Shown: piece by piece, positions 19,940-28,540 of the stretch
Position numbering within the stretch: the stretch's first letter is position 1
Layout of the letters: every line of letters starts with the position of its first letter
Virus record (IMG/VR): IMGVR_UViG_3300026076_000113
Coordinates: 7,903-71,902 of that record
Direction: 5' to 3' (one strand)
Source: a virus
DNA length: 64,000 nt
Position numbers and translations under genes: made by a program
The notes under the pieces: model-generated
Told to the model about the DNA's origin: nothing
Databases searched by the model: none
The model's input: only the letters and a program-made list of their open reading frames with translations

Positions 19940-19947
19940 TATTTATA
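19940..19947 (-). promoter_or_regulatory. T4-type late promoter TATAAATA
   Basis: Exact match 23 nt upstream of the 19916 start. Confidence 0.8.
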
Positions 19948-19968
19948 CAATTGAATTAGTTTTCTACT

Positions 19969-20865
19969 TTACGGATCAGCGATCTTGTAGTTAATGCGAA
20001 CCATACCAGCAGTACCGTTCTGTCCATGACAGCATCCACCACCACAAGTCCAACCAGAAGGACCACCAACTCCAGGAACATAGTTATGTTCTGAGAAGGA
20101 TCCACCCCAACCTAATTGAGCAGTTGACCAGTGAAGTAAGCAATAACCACATCCACTGTTTTCGCACTGAACACCAGTCATCCATCCACCCTTGCCGTTA
20201 ACAAGACCAGCAGGATAAGGAACATGTTGCTTATTATAGCAATGCTGATTGTAGCAGAACATATAAGCAGCACCAGGAACACCTTTTGCTCCACCGTCTG
20301 CACCATAGAATTCAGCACAGCATCCATAAGGACAACTAGAGAGACACATTGCTCTCCATGTGCAGCAACATAAGAAGCAGCAAGAACATCCAGCACCACC
20401 ACCTTTAGCACAGAAGTTACTTAAACCATAACCTGTGACATAGGATGGGTTACCCATCTGTCCACACTGACTACCTTGTCTACCACAACCAGGAGTTCCA
20501 ATATGAATATCATAAACACAACCAGCTAGAGAAGCACCTGTAAGACGTTTCCATGCATATGCACCAGCACCAGCAGGAATACCTCTAGAGCAGCAGCAAG
20601 ATGAACCACCGCCTCCACCAGCACCCCAGACTTCAAAGATAACATCACAAACATTATCAGGAATACACCACTGAGGATACCTATAGTAGTTGTAACTTGT
20701 AGAGTGATCTTGACAAGTAGAACCACAATGAGGTGTAAAGTACTGAGTACAATACCCAGCAGCAGGTAACCTTGCTAGTTTTGTCGTCGCATCAGGATCA
20801 GATAACCCCGATAGCGAATCTGTTGTAACGAATCCTAATAGATCTCGTAAATTAGTATTTGGCAT
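19969..20865 (-). CDS. Cys/Gly-rich putative fibre-tip protein, paralog 3 (298 aa, about 30 Cys)
   Basis: NLRDLL start; WCIP...FEVWGAGGGGGSSCCC...GAGAY glycine-rich domain; C-terminal GGGCC.G..G.AGMVRINY. Confidence 0.8.
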   Translation of the reverse strand: MPNTNLRDLLGFVTTDSLSGLSDPDATTKLARLPAAGYCTQYFTPHCGSTCQDHSTSYNYYRYPQWCIPDNVCDVIFEVWGAGGGGGSSCCCSRGIPAGAGAYAWKRLTGASLAGCVYDIHIGTPGCGRQGSQCGQMGNPSYVTGYGLSNFCAKGGGAGCSCCFLCCCTWRAMCLSSCPYGCCAEFYGADGGAKGVPGAAYMFCYNQHCYNKQHVPYPAGLVNGKGGWMTGVQCENSGCGYCLLHWSTAQLGWGGSFSEHNYVPGVGGPSGWTCGGGCCHGQNGTAGMVRINYKIADP

Positions 20866-20888
20866 CTCTAGTTCCTAGTCCTCAGTAT

Positions 20889-21830
20889 TTAGTTAAAGTA
20901 GAACCACGCACAGTCATCGTTGGATGTATCCGACTTCAACCAGCATGAGCAGTATGTAAGTCTGATTAGACCACCGCCTCCACGCCATCCGTAGCAGCAT
21001 CCACCGCCACATGCAGTAGCAGAAGGAGAACCAACTCCAGGAAGTCCTGGACCTCCATTACAGTTGATGTTGTACGCCCAAGGAGTGTTTCCTGTGCAGT
21101 ACATATATTCATGGATACATGCATTACCATGATAGTTTTGAGTGATCCATCCACCTTTCTCATTAATAAGACCAGCAGGATAGGCCATTGCACCCTTAGC
21201 CCAACAGTTGTTTTGGTTACAAGAGTTATAGAAGAAACCTGGTCTTCCTTTAATCATCTCATCTCCACCATAGGAGCATGCTCCATCACAGTGTAGATAC
21301 CATCCACCACATCCTCCCCAAGAGACTTTATCCTTACATCTGTAAGTTGAATCCCAGAAAGCCCAGCAACATGTTTTGCCAGGTAGTCCACCATCAGCAC
21401 AGAGGTTACTTAAGTTGCAACCACCGACCCATGTCTTACATCCTCTAATACCGCAGCAGCAGCGTGAGCAGCATGTAGGAGAAGCAACACAGAGTTGGTA
21501 ACACCAACCACCTTGTACCAGTGGGTATTCAAGAGTTTTTCTGACATATCCACCAGCACCACCAGGCATACCCTGTTGACAGCAACAAGCACCACCGCCT
21601 GAACCGCCTCCACCCCATAACTCGAAAGTTAATTGAGTAGTACCACAAGGAACGCACCAGTACTGAATACAATAGTTTCTGTAATTATTATCACAGTTAC
21701 CTTGGTTACAGTAAGGGTGGAACATGAAGACCCTTCCTTCATGGTTCCTTTCTAAAGCAGATGAAGCTGCTATAGTTTCATCTATAGTTGAAGCGAACTC
21801 TCTTCCTAATAGTTCTCTGAGATTTGCCAT
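20889..21830 (-). CDS. Cys/Gly-rich putative fibre-tip protein, paralog 2 (313 aa, about 35 Cys)
   Basis: NLRELL start; WCVP...FELWGGGGSGGGACCC...GGAGGY; C-terminal GGGCC.G..GGGGLIRLTY. Confidence 0.8.
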   Translation of the reverse strand: MANLRELLGREFASTIDETIAASSALERNHEGRVFMFHPYCNQGNCDNNYRNYCIQYWCVPCGTTQLTFELWGGGGSGGGACCCQQGMPGGAGGYVRKTLEYPLVQGGWCYQLCVASPTCCSRCCCGIRGCKTWVGGCNLSNLCADGGLPGKTCCWAFWDSTYRCKDKVSWGGCGGWYLHCDGACSYGGDEMIKGRPGFFYNSCNQNNCWAKGAMAYPAGLINEKGGWITQNYHGNACIHEYMYCTGNTPWAYNINCNGGPGLPGVGSPSATACGGGCCYGWRGGGGLIRLTYCSCWLKSDTSNDDCAWFYFN

Positions 21831-21835
21831 CGATT

Positions 21836-22762
21836 TTAACCCTTACAGAATATAGTGACTCTGACAAGACCGTGAGCACCCTCAGAGGAGCAGCAGCAAC
21901 CGCCACCAAACACCTGAGCAGACACACCACCCGATCCTACTGGACCGTTTCTCCAGCAGTCGCCAGAAAGACCACCGTTGTTTCCACTTAACCATAATGT
22001 AGCTCGTCTTCCACAAGATGCCATATCAGGCTTTCTCATAGAGTGATGAACACCATATCGAGCACCGTACATAGGTGCTGTAGGATGATAGTCCTTCTTC
22101 ATGCACCAGTTACCGCAACCAGGGTTGCAATCATAATGAATGTATGGTGAAAGACCGTTCCAATACCATTTACCAGCAGCTTCGCAAGAATCCATACAAT
22201 CACTACTTTCTAGTGTGTAATGTTCTGTTTGCTGTCTGCAACATGCAGGACCACACTGGTGTATCCTTGTCCTACAAGCGAAGTATGAATCTACCCAGTG
22301 GCAACAGTTCCATCCGTGACAACCACCACAAGCACAGAAGTCGCTTAAACCTGGACCAGAAACATATGACTTACAACCGTCGTAACCACCTCTGGATGGG
22401 TGTCTACATGTACCACCTGCGACACATATATCGTAACAACAGTTATCTAATTGGGAAACTCCTTGAACAGCAGCACAGACAGTACATGATTGATACTGAC
22501 CTGAGAAACCATTCCAAGCGATAGTACAGCAGCAAGTACCAGATCCACCGCCGCCTCCTCCCCAGAGTTCGAACTTGACTTTACAAACGCAGCAATTAGG
22601 AACGCACCACCTTATACGTTGCCAGTCATAGTTGTAAGAACTACCATGTTCCCAACAGTGACTACCCCTATAGTATAGTTGATGTTGACCCCCACCCATA
22701 TATGTTTGTATGGGTACTACATTAGCGTCAGGTACATCTAATAAATCTCGTAAACTTGACAT
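21836..22762 (-). CDS. Cys/Gly-rich putative fibre-tip protein, paralog 1 (308 aa, about 35 Cys)
   Basis: SLRDLL start; WCVP...FELWGGGGGGSGTCCC; C-terminal GGGCCC...GAHGLVRVT. Confidence 0.8.
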   Translation of the reverse strand: MSSLRDLLDVPDANVVPIQTYMGGGQHQLYYRGSHCWEHGSSYNYDWQRIRWCVPNCCVCKVKFELWGGGGGGSGTCCCTIAWNGFSGQYQSCTVCAAVQGVSQLDNCCYDICVAGGTCRHPSRGGYDGCKSYVSGPGLSDFCACGGCHGWNCCHWVDSYFACRTRIHQCGPACCRQQTEHYTLESSDCMDSCEAAGKWYWNGLSPYIHYDCNPGCGNWCMKKDYHPTAPMYGARYGVHHSMRKPDMASCGRRATLWLSGNNGGLSGDCWRNGPVGSGGVSAQVFGGGCCCSSEGAHGLVRVTIFCKG

Positions 22763-22783
22763 TTGACTACCTTAGTATTTCAT

Positions 22784-23107
22784 TTAGTTGGATAGTATGG
22801 ACCATCCGTATGCAGAACCCGTATAGATGAGCTCAAGAGAAGCATTTTTAATATCAAAATCAAGATCTTCTGCTAGATTAGCAATCTTGTGTCCATTACG
22901 AGCAACAGTGACCTTGTTTGTATCACAGTTACCAGCAGCATCAATTAAATTGATCCTGTCTCCTATCTTGCCATTGGCAGGTAGTGTAATTGTGAAAGCA
23001 GATCCTGTTGTGTCAAGTAGCAAAATTTGCCCACTCAAAATAGAATGAGCAGAGGTAACTGCTACAGTTTCCCTTGTGTCAGATACTGGTGTTAGGTTGC
23101 GTCCCAT
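22784..23107 (-). CDS. Small tail-fibre domain protein (107 aa)
   Basis: DTTGSAFTITLPA...GD.I..IDAAG....KVTVARNG..I......L..D......ELIY....YGW, a domain typical of T4-like fibre/baseplate repeats. Confidence 0.75.
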   Translation of the reverse strand: MGRNLTPVSDTRETVAVTSAHSILSGQILLLDTTGSAFTITLPANGKIGDRINLIDAAGNCDTNKVTVARNGHKIANLAEDLDFDIKNASLELIYTGSAYGWSILSN

Positions 23108-23131
23108 TGTTCTAAAATCTCCTTGTAATTA

Positions 23132-23139
23132 TATTTATT
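23132..23139 (-). promoter_or_regulatory. Late promoter variant AATAAATA
   Basis: One mismatch to TATAAATA, intergenic, followed by an AGGAG RBS. Confidence 0.55.
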
Positions 23140-23149
23140 AATACGTTGA

Positions 23150-23473
23150 TTAAGCAGTTGATTCTTCAACGCCATAAGCGGAGATGCTTACGCCAGTTGT
23201 ATCTGAGAATGCTACAAGTTTTTTACCTGTTTGCATAGCGAAACCAGTTCTTTCAAGAACTCCGTATCCTCCAATCTCAGCATTGTATTCTACGTACTCA
23301 GCAGCAGTAGGTGTATCAGCAGCAGCAATTGCTACTCGTACATCAACGGCCGTTGCGTTGGTGTTAACAATGTTGAAGTTGCAATATGCCACAGTACTTG
23401 CTGGTACTGTGTATATTGTTGTTAATGTGTTTGCGGCTAGGGATTGTTGAGTCCCCAATACTCCAGATGCCAT
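23150..23473 (-). CDS. Small virion structural / fibre connector protein (107 aa)
   Basis: MASG.LG...LAANT.TTIYTVPA...YGVEE beta-rich protein with its own late promoter and GGAG RBS. Confidence 0.75.
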   Translation of the reverse strand: MASGVLGTQQSLAANTLTTIYTVPASTVAYCNFNIVNTNATAVDVRVAIAAADTPTAAEYVEYNAEIGGYGVLERTGFAMQTGKKLVAFSDTTGVSISAYGVEESTA

Positions 23474-23511
23474 TTTCTATTCTCCGAAATGCAGATGTAG
23501 TGGTTGTATGA

Positions 23512-23519
23512 TATTTATA
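23512..23519 (-). promoter_or_regulatory. T4-type late promoter TATAAATA
   Basis: Exact match in the 23473-23530 intergenic gap. Confidence 0.8.
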
Positions 23520-23529
23520 TAGTGGGGGA

Positions 23530-26500
23530 TCAAACTGACCCTGCCCAGAAGACGTATCCTTTAGTTGTACGTGTACTATCAATGTATGTCTTAACAGCAC
23601 GTTGAGTAGGAACTTTTTGGTTTGAGTTAGCAGAAAGAGTAACGTCAGAAGAGAATTCTGTGATACTTTCTCCTAACTGAGCACCAATAGAACCCAGTCT
23701 CAAGGATGATAGACCCGAAAGGTCAAAGGAGGATGCGTTCAATGTAGTTGAACCAGTTGCCTGGTTGACCTTGAAGTAACGTCCAACTGTGAAGTTACCG
23801 TCTTGGTCTGTTGATACAAAGAATACACGTCCTGGGAAGTCTTCAGTAACTTCGTTGCCTGGTGCTGGATCCACTAATGGATCTCCAGGCCAGTTGGTGT
23901 TTAGTTTGTTTCCTGTACCTAAGTCTAGGAAGTCATGACCAGTTAGACGAACCTGACTGTAACCATATCTGATTTTATAGTCTTGTCCATCGAAGGTTCT
24001 TGTAGGTTTCTCAGCAGCAAGAACAACTAGTGCAGTACCAGTTGTATCTGTCTGTGCGTTTGTCACCTGCATGAACTCATTATCAATCTTGATGTAGTCG
24101 TTGATATTGAAACCAGAAGCATCAGTAATACGGACATCTGATTGAGAGTTATTAATATCTCTCAAAGTATCTGTCTGATCGACAACCTTGATTTCAAGAG
24201 CACGAACTGAATCGCCACTGGTATGAGCAGTAGCATTTGTGCCTTCAACTCCACGAGTAACATCCATAGATGTTGCTGTTGGGAATGAAGTAATTGCCAT
24301 CATCTCATCATTGATGATTAGATATGCTCCGATTGAGAATCCACTAATTGTGTTAACGTAGATTGTAGTATCAGCAGCACTGTTGACAGCAGAACTCAAG
24401 TTAGTTGCTCCACCATACTGATATCTGGTAATTAATTCCAAACCATCATGTGCAGCAGCAGCACTACCTAGTAGTCCTCTAGTTACAGTCAAGTTACCTC
24501 TTCCAGCAGGAGCTGTGTATGAAGAGTTAGCAATAACGAATGTGAATGGTTCTTCACCAAGTCCACCAGCACCTGTAACGAATTCCATTGAACCACCTGG
24601 AACAGGAGCAGATCCTCTACCAGTTATGGCAAGTACGAATCCATTCTGACCACCAAGTGCATCACTGTTGTTGAGTAGTTGTCCTTGAACTCCAGAAGTT
24701 TGTCCATCAATTACTTCATTCTGTACAAAACTTCCTTTGAAAGGTCTGAAGAGTATCTTAGATACACCAGCCTGTACAGAGATAATTTCTCCAACAGCAC
24801 CAGATGTCAATCCGATAACTCTCTCACCATTCAACCAAATTCCATCGGTTGCTCCAGGTACAATGGTTGACTCATCATATTGAAGAGATAGACCATCGAT
24901 CTTACCATCAAGAGTTGTTTCTGTAGTGTCATAACCAGAAGAAACAATACCGTATGTACCCCAAGAACTGTTACCAGCAAGAGATCTGATTCTTCCACCT
25001 CTGGTTGAAGCATAAGAAACGTGACAGTAGTATGTGAAGCATGATACAATCTCAGCACCAGCTTTATTTGTACACCAGAAACCAACTCCACCGTCTTCGT
25101 GGATTTGTGTCCAAGAGTCAAACACCATTGTTTTGTTTGATCTGTTATCAAACGTAACGGCGTTAGAAGCAGCAGATACAAATGTGTGTGCGTACTGATC
25201 ACCAACAGCAGCAACACCTACGTTAACTGTAATTGTTGATGTAGAAGCAGCAACAATTATAAGTTCCTTACCGAAGGCAGGGTCAGATACACGTGGATAT
25301 GCATGGTTAGTAGCACCACCATCTTTAGTACAATTGAATGTAATAGATGCTTGTGATAATGTAATACTTGATCCAGTAGTCAATCCATGACCTGAACCAA
25401 GAGTAAGTTCCATGTCACCAGTAGAAGGATTATATGTAGCACCAGTTGGTGTAAACTGTGCTGTAGTATCCCACTTCTCATGAACATCACCATCAATAAC
25501 AGCACCAACTCCAGTTGCACCGAAGCAAGAACAGTTTGATACGTAAGGTGATCTCTTAATTGGTGAGTTAGGATCTAGACGTACATAAACACCACCGATT
25601 GTAGCAGTGTTAAGATCTTTAGGATCAGAACCTGAAGGAACGAAACCATTCATTCCATCCATAACCATGTCCTTAAGCATAGTGGTGCTTCCTAGCATCC
25701 ACATAGTTAAATGCTCGTTCATGATTGGAGTAACACCACTGATAGCGATATCTGTAGCACCAGCTTCATATGTGTCTGAAGTTGTCCAAAGGTTAGCATT
25801 AGCATCTCTAGTGACACTTCCTAATCCAGAAGTTAAACCAGTTGTTGCAACTGTAACCAATGTTTGAAGAGCAGCATCCTGTACAACGCAAGTTACGTTA
25901 GCACTAATGCTATTAATATCTGTAATAGTATTGTTAATAACCTGTGTCAATCCATGAGTACCAACAACAGTAACACTATCGTTATTGATAACGTCTTTTG
26001 CAATAGGAGTTAAGTATCCTAGAATAGAAACAACTTCTGCTTCGTTACCGTTCCAATAGTTAGCAGTAATCCAGTCATCAACTGTGTCATAAACACGGTC
26101 GTTACCACCATAACCTAAGTTAGCAGTGATATCCTGAATAAGAGTAGCAAGTTTGCTCTCAAATACAGAAGCATCTCCACCAGGAGGGTTAGTAATAGTA
26201 ACACCACCAGCAGCAGCTTGTGCAAGAGTTTCCTTAACAACGAACTGTGTGTTAGATGTTAATAGGTTGTATGCGTCAGCAGTTTTGTTGTTAGCAAATC
26301 CATCGGTCTGAACATAAATGTCAGAACCACCTTCTCTAACGTCAATAACTTCACCAGTCTTACTTCCATCACCAGATGTGATAGTAGAACCAAGAACTCT
26401 ATACTGAGAGTCAGGTACTTGTGCAAGTGTAAGTTTAACAACACTTGAAGGTTCACCAGCTCTTGCTTGAATCTTAGAAGTTCTTAGGTTATCACCAACG

Positions 26501-27624
26501 ATACCTACATTTGGTGGAACCCTCATTGGAAGGATTTCGTTATATGTACCTGCTTTAACATAGATTGTTGCAGGACCAGTTACGCTATCTACAGCGTGAC
26601 GTACAGTTCTCCATGCTGCTGTAATGCTATTACCAGCATTTGTATCAGCACCTTCTGGAGTAACATAATAAACTTTGTGTGTAACGTGACTCTCTTTCCA
26701 TGATGGATATCCTGTTGAGTCAACAGTTAAAACTTTATTCTCTGTACCAATAGGCAACCTAGCAGGACCAGAACCACCTTGATAAAGAACGTCACCAGAT
26801 GTGGTCAGAACGTTGGCAGACGCTCCTTCTGCTAGTGAATTCCAGTATGTACCATTAACGTCTGTCTCTGGTGCATTACCTGTGTTTTCAGTAACACAAA
26901 TATGTGAGTTACTATTTCTAGTAACAGCATCACCTGGATAATAAGTTGTACCTACATCCCAAGTACCTTTCCAAGTGAAACCTCCAACAATGAAGTCCCA
27001 ATCAGAAGCATTGCTTGATGGAGATTTGTTAATGTTAGTTGTCTTAGCAACGTATGAGTTACCACCTAAAAGAACAACATCACCTGGTTTATATGTTGTG
27101 GTAGAATTCCAATTACCTACAACCTTGAAACCTGTGGTTAAGATGTCCCATTGAACACCAATACCATTATTAGGTGCGATAGCAGTACTTGTTGTTTTTG
27201 CAACGTAAGTATAACCACCATATGTTACGATATCACCGACTTGATATTCAGTTGCTGAATCCCAAGTATCTTCAAACTTGAGTCCATCCAAGTAGGCAGA
27301 AAACTTAGCAGGATCGAAAGTTGAAGTCGATGTATGAGGTGTAGTAGTTCTATAAAGTACGTTACCGTATTTTGCGATATCGTTATTCTTATAGAAGGTA
27401 GCTGCAGCCCAGTCACCTGTATTGTAAATCCCTTCAGTATGAAGTGACCAACTTCCAGCGTCAGTTCCGTACCATTGTGCTGCTGACGAAACCGATGTGT
27501 GGTTTGCGGTAGCAACGTAAGTGTTAGCACCAAATTTAACAATGTCATCAATGACATAAGCGGTTGCAGCCGCCCAGTCACCTCTCCAGTTAAATTTTAG
27601 TCTGCCAAGTCTAAAATCTGCCAT
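23530..27624 (-). CDS. Tail fibre protein (1364 aa) with N-terminal carbohydrate-binding-like repeats
   Basis: About five W...T.Y..GD.V..GG..Y repeats (CBM5/12-like); YYVTPEG.D.N.G....AWRTV..A and IYVKAGTYNE (beta-helix entry); C-terminal VPTQRAVKTYID. Confidence 0.8.
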   Translation of the reverse strand: MADFRLGRLKFNWRGDWAAATAYVIDDIVKFGANTYVATANHTSVSSAAQWYGTDAGSWSLHTEGIYNTGDWAAATFYKNNDIAKYGNVLYRTTTPHTSTSTFDPAKFSAYLDGLKFEDTWDSATEYQVGDIVTYGGYTYVAKTTSTAIAPNNGIGVQWDILTTGFKVVGNWNSTTTYKPGDVVLLGGNSYVAKTTNINKSPSSNASDWDFIVGGFTWKGTWDVGTTYYPGDAVTRNSNSHICVTENTGNAPETDVNGTYWNSLAEGASANVLTTSGDVLYQGGSGPARLPIGTENKVLTVDSTGYPSWKESHVTHKVYYVTPEGADTNAGNSITAAWRTVRHAVDSVTGPATIYVKAGTYNEILPMRVPPNVGIVGDNLRTSKIQARAGEPSSVVKLTLAQVPDSQYRVLGSTITSGDGSKTGEVIDVREGGSDIYVQTDGFANNKTADAYNLLTSNTQFVVKETLAQAAAGGVTITNPPGGDASVFESKLATLIQDITANLGYGGNDRVYDTVDDWITANYWNGNEAEVVSILGYLTPIAKDVINNDSVTVVGTHGLTQVINNTITDINSISANVTCVVQDAALQTLVTVATTGLTSGLGSVTRDANANLWTTSDTYEAGATDIAISGVTPIMNEHLTMWMLGSTTMLKDMVMDGMNGFVPSGSDPKDLNTATIGGVYVRLDPNSPIKRSPYVSNCSCFGATGVGAVIDGDVHEKWDTTAQFTPTGATYNPSTGDMELTLGSGHGLTTGSSITLSQASITFNCTKDGGATNHAYPRVSDPAFGKELIIVAASTSTITVNVGVAAVGDQYAHTFVSAASNAVTFDNRSNKTMVFDSWTQIHEDGGVGFWCTNKAGAEIVSCFTYYCHVSYASTRGGRIRSLAGNSSWGTYGIVSSGYDTTETTLDGKIDGLSLQYDESTIVPGATDGIWLNGERVIGLTSGAVGEIISVQAGVSKILFRPFKGSFVQNEVIDGQTSGVQGQLLNNSDALGGQNGFVLAITGRGSAPVPGGSMEFVTGAGGLGEEPFTFVIANSSYTAPAGRGNLTVTRGLLGSAAAAHDGLELITRYQYGGATNLSSAVNSAADTTIYVNTISGFSIGAYLIINDEMMAITSFPTATSMDVTRGVEGTNATAHTSGDSVRALEIKVVDQTDTLRDINNSQSDVRITDASGFNINDYIKIDNEFMQVTNAQTDTTGTALVVLAAEKPTRTFDGQDYKIRYGYSQVRLTGHDFLDLGTGNKLNTNWPGDPLVDPAPGNEVTEDFPGRVFFVSTDQDGNFTVGRYFKVNQATGSTTLNASSFDLSGLSSLRLGSIGAQLGESITEFSSDVTLSANSNQKVPTQRAVKTYIDSTRTTKGYVFWAGSV

Positions 27625-27635
27625 TTGTTTTTCCT

Positions 27636-28040
27636 TTACTTAGGTCCCTCGGTTGTATAATCGTATGTTTCATTGAAACGGACCACGAAATATCCGTTAT
27701 CATCTACAAAGTAGGTTACTTTTCTACTGTCAAATCTGTATTGTTGATATTGATCCTGTGGATGATTCGTTCGTGACTTTTCTTCTGTAGTTTCTTCTAC
27801 ATAGTCAGTCATTCCTGTTGCAATATCTAGGTATGGAGTACCATCTTTACGATGGAAAGTCACTACATCATCATCAATACTCCTGATTTTGGTATAATGG
27901 AGCATACCATCATCATCTCTGCGTAATGCATGGATAGTAAAATCGTTTCCAAGATCGTAGTTGTTACTAGCAAATCCTGTAGAACCGCCTCCACCACTGG
28001 AACCGCCTCCTCTAAAACTATCGCTGATGTACATCGTCAT
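27636..28040 (-). CDS. Hypothetical virion-associated protein (about 134 aa)
   Basis: ORF track gives 27636..28073; the ATG at 28040 forms an ATGA overlap with the upstream stop, so it is the likelier start. Confidence 0.7.
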   Translation of the reverse strand: MTMYISDSFRGGGSSGGGGSTGFASNNYDLGNDFTIHALRRDDDGMLHYTKIRSIDDDVVTFHRKDGTPYLDIATGMTDYVEETTEEKSRTNHPQDQYQQYRFDSRKVTYFVDDNGYFVVRFNETYDYTTEGPK

Positions 28041-28498
28041 GTGACAATTACCCTCCAGTAAACTCCTTCCCAAATAAGTTGAACACCTGCGCCTTTAACG
28101 TCAAAAACTAGAGGAGATGAAATTACTCCAAATGTATTTTGAAATTGTCGTCCGATAGGGTCCGTCAGAGTAACATTATTTATATCCCAACTAAACTTTA
28201 CATCAATGAACTCAATTACATCCCCAGATTTGGGAACCAATTGGTTGTTGTAAAGAGGAAGTGTTAACGATACTGGACCATTAGATGAGTCCACCAAATA
28301 ACGAAGGCTTGTTCCTAGAGTTTGATTTGAATTAATATATTCCCATCGTGCTCTGAATACATCAAATCCACCAGTAGTGGTTCCGTCATGAATGACGGCC
28401 ATATTTTTGTCAGTATCAATCGTCAGTTCACCCTGTGCTCCAGTAAATAGAGCATGTTCAGCTGTAGTACCTCTTCTGAATTGAACCTGTGTTGTCAT
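28037..28498 (-). CDS. Short fibre-related protein with Mtd/hyaluronidase-type N-terminal domain (153 aa)
   Basis: QVQFRRGTTAEH..FTGA.GE.TIDTDK....IHDG.T.GG, followed by the same LTLP...GD.IEF.D domain seen in 22784..23107. Confidence 0.8.
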   Translation of the reverse strand: MTTQVQFRRGTTAEHALFTGAQGELTIDTDKNMAVIHDGTTTGGFDVFRARWEYINSNQTLGTSLRYLVDSSNGPVSLTLPLYNNQLVPKSGDVIEFIDVKFSWDINNVTLTDPIGRQFQNTFGVISSPLVFDVKGAGVQLIWEGVYWRVIVT

Positions 28499-28532
28499 CA
28501 GTAGTTATTTGATTCCAAGTATATTTATGAGA

Positions 28533-28540
28533 TATTTATA
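28533..28540 (-). promoter_or_regulatory. T4-type late promoter TATAAATA (second variant CATAAATA at 28522-28529)
   Basis: Exact match immediately after the 28541 stop. Confidence 0.8.
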
